Shown: positions 11,256 to 21,130, counted from the first letter of the stretch. The stretch: DNA of 64,000 bases from an uncultured Chloroflexia bacterium (GCA_963797095.1 CAWCNY010000001.1:224001-288000), one strand, 5' to 3'. Program-made: numbers and translations. The notes: a model not told the origin generated them from the letters alone.

Positions 11256-12473
11256 ATGAGAAACGAAGGCGGTGGAAGCGGGAAGTGGGAAGCAGTGCCA
11301 CTCTTCCGCCCTCCGGATCGGGTCCTGATGACGATGCTTGGACGTATCTCAGCGCGGACAGGTGTTCGCCGAAACAGTGTAGAGGCTCTTGGAAGTGAGC
11401 GCAACGACGTGGGGAAGGTGTTGGGCCGCTTGCGGCTACGCCGGCGCTCCAATGGGCGTCCCTCCGAGTCTGGCGTGGCGCACGAGGATGGGGCAGTCCC
11501 CAGTCGCTTCGAGCCTGTGCGCCTTAGCCCTGTGGAGCCCGCTCGCAGATGGCCGCTTTCGGTCGGGCGCAAGCCGCATAGCCGCGTTCAGGCGGTGCGG
11601 CATGGGGTCTCTCTGCCGGGTGAAGCCGCCAGGGAGGAGCCGAAGGCGGCGTCCAGACGTAAGGGCAGGGCGGGCGCGGGGCGAGCGTTTGATAGGGCGC
11701 TGCTGGCGCTCGAAATGGTGGGCGCGCTGGTGATAGCGTGGCTGGCCTTCCAGTACATTTACACGGTCTATATCGATACAGGTCCTAAGCGGTTGACGGG
11801 GACTGGCGAGAATGTGGTGGTTGCTCCGCCGGTTGTGCGGGCCACCCAGACGCCGACTTTGCTCCCCTCGCCTACGGCTACACGCTTTGTGCAACTGTTG
11901 CCGCCTATGACGGGTGATGGGCCTGACCAGGATAGCGAAGGTGAGCTTGTGGGGAAGGCAACGGCGATGCCTAGTTCTACGCCTACTACTATATTTACGG
12001 CCACCCCGACAGCGACGGCCGCCCCGACAGCGACGGCCGCCCCGACCGCTACGATTGACCCGCAGTCGCTGCTGCCGAACCGGTTGCGAATCCCGGTGAT
12101 GTTCCTGGACAGCCCGGTGCACGAGGTAACGATCAACCTGGGCCAGTGGGAAGTGTCGCCAATGGATATCGGGCATCACGAGGGCACAGCCAACCCTGGC
12201 GAGACGGGAAACGTGGTGCTGGCGGGACACAGGGATATAAACTCGGCGCTGTTTCGCGACCTGGACAGGCTGAAGCCGGGAGATGAGGTGTTTGTGAGCA
12301 ATGCGCTTGGAGAGTATCGCTACATAGTTAAGGAGAGCTTTGAGGTCAGCCCCGACGAGGCATGGGTGATGGATAAGACGGATGACATGCGGGTGACGCT
12401 GATCACCTGCACGCCCATCGGAATAGATACCAGGCGGCTGGTGGTAGTGGCAGTGCTGGACGAAGGACAGTAG
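11256..12473 (+). CDS. sortase (class D/E-like) with long N-terminal extension and Thr/Pro linker; start uncertain
   Basis: TM anchor, RLRIP, NVVLAGHRD (His), LFRDLDRL, TLITCTP (Cys), TRRLVV (Arg). Confidence 0.9.
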   Translation: MRNEGGGSGKWEAVPLFRPPDRVLMTMLGRISARTGVRRNSVEALGSERNDVGKVLGRLRLRRRSNGRPSESGVAHEDGAVPSRFEPVRLSPVEPARRWPLSVGRKPHSRVQAVRHGVSLPGEAAREEPKAASRRKGRAGAGRAFDRALLALEMVGALVIAWLAFQYIYTVYIDTGPKRLTGTGENVVVAPPVVRATQTPTLLPSPTATRFVQLLPPMTGDGPDQDSEGELVGKATAMPSSTPTTIFTATPTATAAPTATAAPTATIDPQSLLPNRLRIPVMFLDSPVHEVTINLGQWEVSPMDIGHHEGTANPGETGNVVLAGHRDINSALFRDLDRLKPGDEVFVSNALGEYRYIVKESFEVSPDEAWVMDKTDDMRVTLITCTPIGIDTRRLVVVAVLDEGQ

Positions 12474-12575
12474 TTCCAAGTTCCAAGTTCCAAGTTCCAA
12501 GTTGATGGTAGTCGGAGGACGAGTGACGAGTGACGAGTGACGCAATACGCAATACGCAATACGTCACGTACCACG
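12473..12575. repeat. heptamer mosaic (GTTCCAA)4-(GACGAGT)3-(CGCAATA)3-TCACGTACCACG
   Basis: Read directly. Confidence 0.92.
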
Positions 12576-12597
12576 CTCCGTCCCAGGAGGACACGGT

Positions 12598-14151
12598 ATG
12601 AAAGAGTACAACGCTTACAAGGGTGAGAGGCGCACGTTGCGAGACATATTGTTCTTGCTGGGGATCGCCATTGCGTTGGGATTCGGGTTGGCGCTGGCGG
12701 GGCCTGCGTTGGGGGCGGGGTTGGGCCAGAGCGCAGACGGCGATATCAGCGGAACAATCACCGTCATAGGCGGCAACGCGTCAGGGATCACCGTTGAATT
12801 GCGGCAGCGTGCCAACAACGGAGCCGACAACTTGCTGGCGACTACCACCACCGATGAGAGCGGAGTGTACCATTTCCCCAAGCAGAACAGCGCGCCCAAC
12901 GACGCTTATTACCAGGTGAAGGTGACGGGCGGGGCGGGGATGCTGGCAGTGTGGTATTCGTTCCCGATCATTTATCTTTCGGGCCAGACCTTCACCGTTC
13001 CCTCAATCGAGATGTCGGACGTGGCGTTGATATTGCCGAAGGAGGGGGACAAGATCGTGCTGCCGAGCAAGCTGGTGTGGAAGGCGCGGCGGGCGGGAGA
13101 GACATTCCGGGTGTATGTTTACGACGCGGCTAACCTGGGCAAGGCGCTGTTGGACAGCGGGAGCCTGGGGATGAACACCGAGTACGCGCTACCTGAAGGC
13201 GCGCTCGCGCCGGGCGATTACGAAGCGGTAGTGCAGGTGCGCGACGCGGTCGTGGGGTACGGTGTGAGCCAGGCGCATTTCCGATTTTCGATTGTAACCG
13301 ACGCGGCCAGCGCAGGTACAAGCGAGTCGCCTCCTGAGGTGGCGACGGGGGAGCCGACACCCGGCACTGAGCCTTCGGGCGAGCCGACAGCAGCATCGGA
13401 GCCTAGCGTAGTTGCTTCGGGCCAGCCTGAGCTTGACCTGCATATGACCGCCGACAAGACCGAGATAAAAGAGGGCGATACTATCACCTTCCGCTTGGAA
13501 GTGACTAATAAGGGGAGCCTGATCGCGCCTGGCGTGGTGGTGACCGATAAGCTGCCCACGGGGGTGACGGTAGATGCCACGCTCGCCAAAAGCTCCACGG
13601 GGATCGTGTCGGTGGATGGGAACAGCGTCACGGCGCAGATAGGCGATCTGCCGCCCAGCGATAAGGTGGTGGTCGAGATACCGGCTGTGGTGGGAGCCGA
13701 TGCGACGAGCAATGTAAGCAACCAGGCTTCGGCGCTGTACACGGGCGCGGCCAATCCTGCCCTGTCCAACGCTTACATAGCACAGGTAGCTTCGCCTCCT
13801 GAAGGAGTAGCGGCGGAACCGACTTCTACTGCTGAGTCGAGTGCGACGTCTGAGCCGGAAGCTCCACCGGAAGCGGACCCTGGAACGCCTACGGCTAGCG
13901 AACCTGCGGAGGCGCCTTCGCCAACGGCTGAGGCCCCGGTGGCGGCTGCGCCCACATCAACGCCTAAGCCCACTGCAACGGCGGGCACAGGAGGCGCGGC
14001 GGGTAGCGGCACGGGCCAGGAGCCGAAAGCGCCTATACCGCAGACGGGCGGGTCGTTCCCCCTGGCTTTCGCACTGCTGCTGCTGGCGGCTACATTTGCC
14101 GCACGCTACCTGCGCGGTTATTTGAGGGGTCGTAACAGCAGGCGTACTTAA
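12598..14151 (+). CDS. DUF11-domain surface protein with LPXTG-like sorting signal
   Basis: Signal-like N-terminus, DUF11 motif (GDTITFRLEVTNKG...VVVTDKLPTG), P/T/E-rich stalk, IPQTGG followed by a hydrophobic helix and a basic tail. Confidence 0.85.
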   Translation: MKEYNAYKGERRTLRDILFLLGIAIALGFGLALAGPALGAGLGQSADGDISGTITVIGGNASGITVELRQRANNGADNLLATTTTDESGVYHFPKQNSAPNDAYYQVKVTGGAGMLAVWYSFPIIYLSGQTFTVPSIEMSDVALILPKEGDKIVLPSKLVWKARRAGETFRVYVYDAANLGKALLDSGSLGMNTEYALPEGALAPGDYEAVVQVRDAVVGYGVSQAHFRFSIVTDAASAGTSESPPEVATGEPTPGTEPSGEPTAASEPSVVASGQPELDLHMTADKTEIKEGDTITFRLEVTNKGSLIAPGVVVTDKLPTGVTVDATLAKSSTGIVSVDGNSVTAQIGDLPPSDKVVVEIPAVVGADATSNVSNQASALYTGAANPALSNAYIAQVASPPEGVAAEPTSTAESSATSEPEAPPEADPGTPTASEPAEAPSPTAEAPVAAAPTSTPKPTATAGTGGAAGSGTGQEPKAPIPQTGGSFPLAFALLLLAATFAARYLRGYLRGRNSRRT

Positions 14152-14186
14152 TGTATAATAGGCCGTTGCTGGCACTTTCAAAGCGG

Positions 14187-14217
14187 AAGCCGGATCGTCA
14201 CAGGTCTGGCTTTCTTT
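14187..14217 (+). terminator. intrinsic terminator
   Basis: Stem AAGCCGGATC/GGTCTGGCTT (with G-U pairs) followed by TCTTT. Confidence 0.6.
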
Positions 14218-14250
14218 ATGACAGGGTGAGACACCATTGGAGGAAGAGCT

Positions 14251-14772
14251 ATGGAGGAGATGAACCTCACAGAACTGATCCGCGATATCCCTGATTTTCC
14301 CGTACCGGGCATCCTGTTCCGCGATATTACCACCCTGTTGAAAGAGGGCGGGGCATTCACCTATGTTATCGACCAGATGGCCGCGAAGCTGAGCAGCCTG
14401 AAAGTTGACAAGGTGGTGGCTATTGAGAGCCGGGGTTTTATATTCGGGGCACCAATCGCCTACAAGCTAGGGGCGGGCTTCGTGCCTGCGCGCAAGCTGG
14501 GCAAGCTACCGGCAGATACGATCACCGCTGAGTACGACCTGGAGTACGGTATGAATACCGTGGAGATGCATCGCGACGCCATCAGCCGGGGCGAGAATGT
14601 GGTGATCGTGGACGACTTGCTGGCTACGGGCGGCACCACGCGGGCCACGATTGACCTGGTAGAGCAGTTGGGCGGGGATATTGTGGCGCTTGCCTTCCTG
14701 ATCGAGCTTACTGAGCTAGGCGCGCGAGAGTACCTTGAGGGGTACAACATCGTTACTCTAATTCGTTATTGA
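14251..14772 (+). CDS. apt: adenine phosphoribosyltransferase
   Basis: IPDFPVPGILFRDIT, ESRGFIFG, RKLGKLP, VDDLLATGGT. Confidence 0.98.
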   Translation: MEEMNLTELIRDIPDFPVPGILFRDITTLLKEGGAFTYVIDQMAAKLSSLKVDKVVAIESRGFIFGAPIAYKLGAGFVPARKLGKLPADTITAEYDLEYGMNTVEMHRDAISRGENVVIVDDLLATGGTTRATIDLVEQLGGDIVALAFLIELTELGAREYLEGYNIVTLIRY

Positions 14773-16182
14773 TTGTACCAAACACAGCCTGAGCCTCATT
14801 TATCTCAGGCTGTGCGTAGAATGCTATCAACTCCCCGCGCCCGGAAGCATCCTCATTTGGGAGAAAGGCGCAACCAAACAATCGCAGGAATTTTCTAACC
14901 CATTCCATATCCTCTAATTTAGCGTCAATACCTGTCCTAATCACGCGCTCTAGCTCTTGCACATGGCGTGCTGTCTGTGTGCGATGCTCTAGGGCTGAGG
15001 TTGCGCGGTTGGCCGTATCTTGAGCGCGGGTTAGCTTTAGGCGCTCATCGGCTATTTGGATGGCGGCCTTATCAGGTGTGTAACCTCTTGGGCGCGTTTG
15101 TACGTTTCCTCATCTATCAATGCTGGTACTTCAAAGTAAACGTGCTCATTGTCAGGGGTGGGCCGCCTTATTGTGCGCTTTGCCTCTGAGGTGATGTCGT
15201 CTGGCAAGTCGTGTTTGGGGTTGGCTACCCATTTCATCGTGTTGTAGTGCCCACGCCCGTAATACTTAGGGTTGGTGAGCATCTCCCTAACTGTATTCTG
15301 AGCAATTGCCCCGCCATTGCGCCCTTTATAGCCGCGTGCCGTAAGCTCCTTAGCGATGGCAAGCCCTGACATTCGCTTGCATACGGTGAGGTAGAAAACG
15401 AGAGCCGCCATGTAAGCAGGCGTACCCTCCTCGAAATAGAGGGAAAGCGCGGTTTCGTCTTGCAGTTGCCAGACACGCACGCCGTCAGGTAGGATTGCGC
15501 CCTGACGCGCACCATCTAGCTCTAGCCAACTCCTGATAACCTTGCCCGCTCGTGTTTCGCTTGCGTATTTGTAACCTGTAGGCGTTGGGCCGGGCGGTAC
15601 ATTGCCCTTTAGAGCCATGCCTATTCTGCCGCCCCGATTACCTTGCTTATTGGCGAAAAGCACCCATTCCGCCATCTGCGCGAATTGTTGGCGCATCATC
15701 TTCGACATTTTGTCCGTGCCATTGGAAAGCATATCGCAATACCAGTAACGTACGCCGTAGTGCTCACAACGCCGCTCATATTCGGCCAAATGCTCTGGCA
15801 CACGGGTAAGGCGCTCTAGCTTGGGAAATATTACACCTGCCACTTTGCGCGTCTTTATGTAGTCATTCATTATGCGCCTGAAAACGGGCCTATCCATGTG
15901 GCTCCCGGATTTGCTGTCGTACCAAATGTATTCAAGAGGCACGACAAAGCCCTCACGAATTGCGGCCTGGGCACACGTTAGAAGATAGTCAGGTATGCGG
16001 TTATTGTGTGATTGCTCTTCGGTGCTTTACCTGATGTAGCAGCCCCACAAATCTTTACGCGATAAATCAATCTCAAGGACACCGAAAGAAGCCCGCAATT
16101 CAGGGCGCGCCTGTAAAAGCTGCTCGACTTGCGCTAGGAATTCAGTTTGCGTCAACGGCTGTTGCTTCTCTTTTCGCGGCAT
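14753..16182 (-). pseudogene. large serine recombinase, inactivated and internally truncated
   Basis: ATG at 16182 with RBS. Reads ...WGCYIR*STEEQ (TAA at 16027-16029), then SG.HMDRPVF, KLERLTR, GYKY, MLTNPKYYG, VPALIDEETYKRAQ, ending early at 15052. ORF 14753-14962 may be the C-terminal remnant. Confidence 0.82.
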
Positions 16183-16294
16183 GTTTACCCTCTCTTTCTT
16201 CTATCACTATTGGCGAATATATCTCTACTAACTTATGCAATACTGTCTCACGCGTTTCGCTTGGGATGTTGGGCGATGGCTCCACGACAAACAT
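16142..16294 (-). CDS. 50-aa hypothetical protein overlapping the recombinase start
   Basis: ATG preceded by AGGAAAGGGG. Overlaps the recombinase start by 41 nt. Confidence 0.45.
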   Translation of the reverse strand: MFVVEPSPNIPSETRETVLHKLVEIYSPIVIEEREGKHAAKREATAVDAN

Positions 16295-16469
16295 CCCCTT
16301 TCCTAAACTGTAGCGCAACAGGTGTCGGGGGATGCCGCCTTTTGGAAGGATGGCTTGGTAAACACTCCTTTTACTGTCAGAGGAGAGCGTGCTAATCAAC
16401 TTTTCTTCCCTAAGTTGCCGCCATTCTACTTGATGAATGGGCGGGTTTTGCTGTGTCTCACCTACTTTC

Positions 16470-16874
16470 CTAAGCGGGAGGCCGAGGATGCGCTCGAAGA
16501 ACGGCGGACCATGAGGAACCTGCACCGGGAACTGTCGCAGGACCGGCGCTCGCTCTTCAACCGGAAGCTCGACCAGGGACATCCGCTGCCGCTTGCGACC
16601 CCTGGTGAGATAGCCCCAGCCTGAGGCACGCGCGTTCTTGACCCACTCGGTGTCGTAGCCTGTGACGATGTATTGCTTGCCTTCTACGGCGAGGAGTGAG
16701 ATGGGCGTGCTATGCAGCTTACCGCTCTTCCTGCCGGGGATGGTGAGTATGTATTGAGTGCCAAGGGCCAATCCGAGGCGGTTGACTAGAATGACCACAC
16801 GGTTGGCGGGTTTGAGCCAACGGGGGAGCTTGTTTCTGCCAGGCCTGGACGTTTCCTGTGTTCTTGGAGGCGTG
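16470..16874 (-). pseudogene. deazaflavin (F420)-dependent nitroreductase family protein, 3'-truncated; boundaries approximate
   Basis: KLPRWLKPANR...ILTIPGRKSGKLHSTP...EWVKNARASG. Family-like sequence stops at the junction with the AT-richer element. No upstream ATG (possible ACG remnant). Confidence 0.7.
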
Positions 16875-16894
16875 CTTGTCTCTCTCTACAATAT

Positions 16895-16954
16895 GACATA
16901 ACCCACCAACGGGTAAATCGATGTCACCCATTTCGGGTGACCGGGTGGGGTGAA
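16895..16954 (-). promoter_or_regulatory. TCACCC-box operator array with perfect palindrome GTCACCC-N5-GGGTGAC
   Basis: Palindrome at 16923-16941 with flanking half-sites at 16911-16916 and 16948-16954. Confidence 0.5.
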
Positions 16955-16967
16955 AGAACGACGCACC

Positions 16968-19900
16968 TCATACCGGGCTTGCGGCCAATGCTATCGCTTG
17001 CTCCAATGTCATGGCTGCGCCGTTGGCCCACGCTGTTTGCCAGCTTTGGGCGTCCATGTCGCTTTTCGCCTCGGCTATCCAGCGCTCTACAGTCACATGG
17101 TCGACGGCGTCCATTACAGCGCCGAATTGCTCCTGCAAGGCGTAAGTCGCGCCGAAGAGAGTGGCGGCGCGCTCCAGTTGCCCATGCCTGGCCCAGTACC
17201 TTCCAAACTCTGCTATAGACTGCAACAAGGGTATTGCATCATTGTTTTCCTGAAGGATAGGTAGTGCCTCCGTGAGTAGCTCCAACAACCAACCATCTTC
17301 AGTTGGTTGCTTTTTGTCCAGAAGTAAGGAGGCCAGATTTATGCTGGATGTGGCAACGCCTCCTCTTTCACCAACCTGCTTGAGGATCTGCCGGCTCTGT
17401 TCGTAAAGCTGGCGCGCGTCCTCATATCGTTCTTCGTAGCGGGCTACTTCGCCCAGGTTCAGCAACAACCAGCCCTCCAACCACCTGTTGCCCAGTTCAC
17501 GGCTCAGGAGAAGGGCTTCTTCGAATTGCGAGCGCGCAAGCGCGGCATCATGCAGATAGTTCAGCGCGAGGCGTGCCGACCAGAGGAGACTCAGAGCTAT
17601 GCCCGATTTAGCGCCTGACTCGCGCTCTATGTCTCGTGACTCTTCGAACAGCAGGCTTGCTTCCAGATAGTGCCCCTGTTGTAGCGCTATGAGACCCAGG
17701 CTGTGCGCTGCAAAGCTGATCCCGGATTTGATCTGTAGCTCTCTAGATAGATGTAGGCCCTCCTCGCAATAGTGGCGGGCCGATTTGTAATCACCCATGT
17801 GGAATTCGATGTTTCCGAGCGTCACCAGTATGTTCGCCACTCGTGACATCTCCCCCAGCGCGCGGCACATTTCCAGGCTCCGAGTGCAGAGAGCCTGGGC
17901 CTCTTTGTGGTCGCCCTGTCGCATGGCGAGGAACCCGGCATTGTGTAATGACCTGGCGATCAAGGATTCCAGGTTTTGACTGTTACTTTCACCGGTATTG
18001 CCGGACTTATCATGAGCATCTCTATGGTGCTCAGGGTGGGCATTCGGGAGTGCGAACCCCAAATTCAGGGCCTGCGCCAGCCACTCTCGACCTTCGCTGA
18101 AGTAGCTTCGATGTTGCCAGAACCCGCCCAGAGCACCCGTCAGCCGTAGGGCGCCGACGGCGTCGCCCTCGGCTATATACCAGGAGAGCGCCGCGCGCAA
18201 GTTGTCGTGTTCCAGGTCCATTTTGCGGAGCCAGGTTGCCTGGTCAGCACCGACCAATTGCGGTTCGGTCTGCTCGGCCCACTGCAGGAAGTAGAGGGCA
18301 TGTTGCTGCCTTAGGCCTTTTACCTCATCGCTTTCGGCCAGACGCTCCGCCGCGTAATCTCGGAGCGTTTCCAGCATGGAGAATCGCGGTTCGCCTTCCG
18401 AACCTTCGTTGCGCACGAACAGGCTCTTGTTGACCAGAGAGGCCACGCCATCGAGCACGCTGTCGGTGGTATGGCCGCACACGGTTTGCGCGGCTTCGAG
18501 GGTGCAGCCTCTTACGAAGACCGATACCCCTCTGAACAGCGCCTTGTCGGTATCGGATAGGAGGTTGTAGCTCCAGTCGATGGCCGTTACGAGGGCGCGT
18601 TGCCTGGGGGGAAGGTCTGATTTGCCGCCGATCAGAAGCTTGAGGCGACGGTCGAGTCGAGCCACTATCGCGGGCGGCGAGAGCACCTTGACGCGTGCCG
18701 CAGCCAGCTCAATGGAGAGCGGCAAGCCCTCCAGATGCCTGCATATGTCCGCTATGGCGCGGAGATTATTGGAAGTAAGATCGAGCCTGGGATCGACCTC
18801 AAGAGCGCGGTCCACGAAAAGTGCCACCGATTCGTACTGGATCATCTCTTCCAATCGCACAGGGGTATCTGCGGGCGGGACAGGCAGCGGCTGCACCGGA
18901 AACTCGTGCTCGCCCCGGAGATTGAGAGGCGCACGGCTTGTGACCAGCACCTTCAGGAGGGGGCAGACCGCCAGCAACTCGGAGACAACGGAGGCTGCCG
19001 GTAGTATCTGTTCGAAGTTGTCCAAAATTATGAGCATCCGCTTGTCTGCCAGCATTCGTTTCAAGCTCAGGCGCAGGTCAATGCCTCCTGTCTCAGCCAG
19101 ATCGAGGGCCGATGCGATAGCGCCGATTACCATCTCTTCTGAGTGGTCGGTAATGGAGGCCAGGGGCACGAAATATACGCCATCCTGGAAGAACGAGGCC
19201 AGGCCCGCCGATGCCTGTATGCTGAGGCGCGTTTTGCCCATGCCTGCCATGCCTATGAGAGTGACCAGCCGCACTTGCTCTGTGTGCAGCAAACCGGATA
19301 GCTCGGCAAGCTCGCTTTCACGCCCGACGAAGGCTGTGGTCTGGGCCGGTACACTTGGTAAGAGCAGCGAAGGTTGGAGGCCACGACCGGATTGATCGTC
19401 GTGATCCTCGTCGGCCTGTTTGAGGATGTCGAGGGTGCCCTGCCCAGGCTCAATGCCGAACTCGCGCTTCATCATCAGGGCGCACTGTTTGTAGACATTG
19501 AGCGCGCCCGCAAGGTCGTTGTTCAGCAGGTGCAGGCGCATAAGGCGGCGGTAATTGTCTTCAACGAGAGGGTCATATCTGAGCAGGCGGCGCGCATACC
19601 TTATCGCCTGACCATATTGGCCTGAAAGCTCAAGTAGGTCCACCAGCATGTGCAGCGCCACCAGGAATGTGTCGCGGAGCTTCTCGCGCTGGGCAGTTAT
19701 CCATTCGTTATAGCAGGACGGGAGGAGATCGCCTGCGTACAGGTCCACGGCCTTCTGGAGGGCCTTGGTGGTTTGGGGCAGCCCTTCCTGTGGGTCGAGA
19801 TGCGCATCGGCAATCGCCCGCACGAAATGATCGACATCGACTTCAAAAGGCGAGGTTGGGCCAGGATGCCAGTGCACGCTGCTATGGTCGAGCGAAATAT

Positions 19901-20165
19901 AGGAGTCGGCATTCGGCAGCGATGCTCGAAGCTCGTGAAGTAGCTTACGGAGGTTGGTGAGGGCCTGTTGCTCAGAAGAGTCGGTCCAGAACAGAAAAGC
20001 AATGTGCTGCCGCCTCTGCGGAGCCTCACGATGCAGGATCAGGTATGTGAGCAACGCCTGGAGGCGTGGCGAATTGAGCGATGTTATTGGCTCATCACCA
20101 AGAGCTAAGTTGAAATCGCCGAGTAATGTAATGCGCAAACTAGGCTGCACAGGCGCCTCCGACAA
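16968..20165 (-). CDS. AfsR/SARP-family regulator (wHTH-BTAD-STAND NTPase-TPR)
   Basis: LYAGDLL (BTAD), FVGRESEL, GMAGMGKT Walker A, LIILDNFE, LVTSR, GLPLSIELAA, TPR repeats. TTG start. Confidence 0.92.
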   Translation of the reverse strand: MSEAPVQPSLRITLLGDFNLALGDEPITSLNSPRLQALLTYLILHREAPQRRQHIAFLFWTDSSEQQALTNLRKLLHELRASLPNADSYISLDHSSVHWHPGPTSPFEVDVDHFVRAIADAHLDPQEGLPQTTKALQKAVDLYAGDLLPSCYNEWITAQREKLRDTFLVALHMLVDLLELSGQYGQAIRYARRLLRYDPLVEDNYRRLMRLHLLNNDLAGALNVYKQCALMMKREFGIEPGQGTLDILKQADEDHDDQSGRGLQPSLLLPSVPAQTTAFVGRESELAELSGLLHTEQVRLVTLIGMAGMGKTRLSIQASAGLASFFQDGVYFVPLASITDHSEEMVIGAIASALDLAETGGIDLRLSLKRMLADKRMLIILDNFEQILPAASVVSELLAVCPLLKVLVTSRAPLNLRGEHEFPVQPLPVPPADTPVRLEEMIQYESVALFVDRALEVDPRLDLTSNNLRAIADICRHLEGLPLSIELAAARVKVLSPPAIVARLDRRLKLLIGGKSDLPPRQRALVTAIDWSYNLLSDTDKALFRGVSVFVRGCTLEAAQTVCGHTTDSVLDGVASLVNKSLFVRNEGSEGEPRFSMLETLRDYAAERLAESDEVKGLRQQHALYFLQWAEQTEPQLVGADQATWLRKMDLEHDNLRAALSWYIAEGDAVGALRLTGALGGFWQHRSYFSEGREWLAQALNLGFALPNAHPEHHRDAHDKSGNTGESNSQNLESLIARSLHNAGFLAMRQGDHKEAQALCTRSLEMCRALGEMSRVANILVTLGNIEFHMGDYKSARHYCEEGLHLSRELQIKSGISFAAHSLGLIALQQGHYLEASLLFEESRDIERESGAKSGIALSLLWSARLALNYLHDAALARSQFEEALLLSRELGNRWLEGWLLLNLGEVARYEERYEDARQLYEQSRQILKQVGERGGVATSSINLASLLLDKKQPTEDGWLLELLTEALPILQENNDAIPLLQSIAEFGRYWARHGQLERAATLFGATYALQEQFGAVMDAVDHVTVERWIAEAKSDMDAQSWQTAWANGAAMTLEQAIALAASPV

Positions 20166-20319
20166 GCACGCTCAACCCGATTTGAGTGCCCGTGGTTGTG
20201 CCGGTACCGGCCAATTCCCTTTCGCGGGGCTGGCATCAGTGCCGGTACTCGTACCCAAGCATACTAAATTCAACAGGTGTGATCAACAGTTTGAGCTATG
20301 TACGAGCGTGGTTGGACAG

Positions 20320-20517
20320 CTAGAGAATACGCAATTGACAGGCGGTCTCGCGGGCTTCGGTGCGGCTTGTTACGCTCAGTTTGCTGTATATCCTGCGCAG
20401 GTGGGTTTTGACTGTGTTGGCGGGCACTATCAGTTCCTGGGCAATTTCCTGCTTGGAGAGTCCAGCGACGAAGAGCCGGCGCACGCGCTGCTCCTGGAGG
20501 CTCAACGGCTCGCTCAT
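20320..20517 (-). CDS. stand-alone MalT/LuxR-type HTH (or remnant of a larger regulator)
   Basis: EPLSLQEQRV...GLSKQEIAQELIVPANTVKTHLRRIYSKL. Confidence 0.7.
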   Translation of the reverse strand: MSEPLSLQEQRVRRLFVAGLSKQEIAQELIVPANTVKTHLRRIYSKLSVTSRTEARETACQLRIL

Positions 20518-20662
20518 GGCGTGTGGGGTGGCAGGGGAAACGTTGCCGTTGGAGCGCCCTGCGGCACTCTAGCCCAGCAAAGCGGAGAAAAGAACGTCAG
20601 GCTGTGGTCTCATTTCTGACACAACCACATAGAGGGAGAAATGCAAGCGTCGCGGGTCTTAC

Positions 20663-21118
20663 TTATGTTTCCTGGCGTTTGAGTTCTTTGTCGATTGCGC
20701 GGAAGAACTGGCCGATGATAAGGTTGGCACCGGCCTGCACCACGCGCTGGCCGAGGCCTGCCACTTTGCCGCCTACATGGGCATCGCCCTGGTAGGTGAG
20801 GAGGGTCTTCTGGGGGTCCTGTTCGTCAGTGGCGAGATGGAAATCGCCATGGCCGTCAACGAAGCCGACACCGCCCTTCGCGGACATCTTGAGCGTGTAG
20901 GAATCGGGAGGAACCTCGTTCAGGAGGTCGACGGTGCCGGTGTAGATGCCTTTGATGGCGGCGATGCCTATGCTGAGGGTGATGGCGTAGCTGCCGTTCT
21001 CTTGTTTCTCGAACTTCTGGCAGCCTGGGAGCGTGCGTCTGAGGGTTTCAGGGTCGGTGAGTAAGCGGTAAACGGTTTCCCGTGGGGCGTCGAATGTGTG
21101 TTTGCCTGATAGTTGCAT
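20663..21118 (-). CDS. coxG: CoxG/SRPBCC family protein
   Basis: LTDPETLRRTLPGC, GIAAIKGIYTG, GDAHVGGKVAGLGQR. Confidence 0.85.
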   Translation of the reverse strand: MQLSGKHTFDAPRETVYRLLTDPETLRRTLPGCQKFEKQENGSYAITLSIGIAAIKGIYTGTVDLLNEVPPDSYTLKMSAKGGVGFVDGHGDFHLATDEQDPQKTLLTYQGDAHVGGKVAGLGQRVVQAGANLIIGQFFRAIDKELKRQET

Positions 21119-21130
21119 GATTGTGCCTTT

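Noticed and set aside
11000-12575. CRISPR array in the repeat-rich spacers
   Set aside because: Units are 7-14 nt tandem repeats with no unique spacers, and there are no cas genes.
14150-14220. Purine riboswitch upstream of apt (TATAAT...TGGC...TTTC)
   Set aside because: Lacks the TTTCTACC and CCGTAAA/GACTA core. Better explained as a -10-like hexamer plus a terminator.
16142-16798. 218-aa ORF as one real protein
   Set aside because: It is a chimera of a truncated nitroreductase reading through the element junction into an unrelated small ORF.
16968-20165. Avs/NLR-like antiphage STAND system
   Set aside because: The N-terminus is a SARP wHTH-BTAD transcription module with no nuclease, TIR or SIR2 effector.
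20663-21118. CO dehydrogenase locus
   Set aside because: Only coxG is present; there is no coxMSL in the window.
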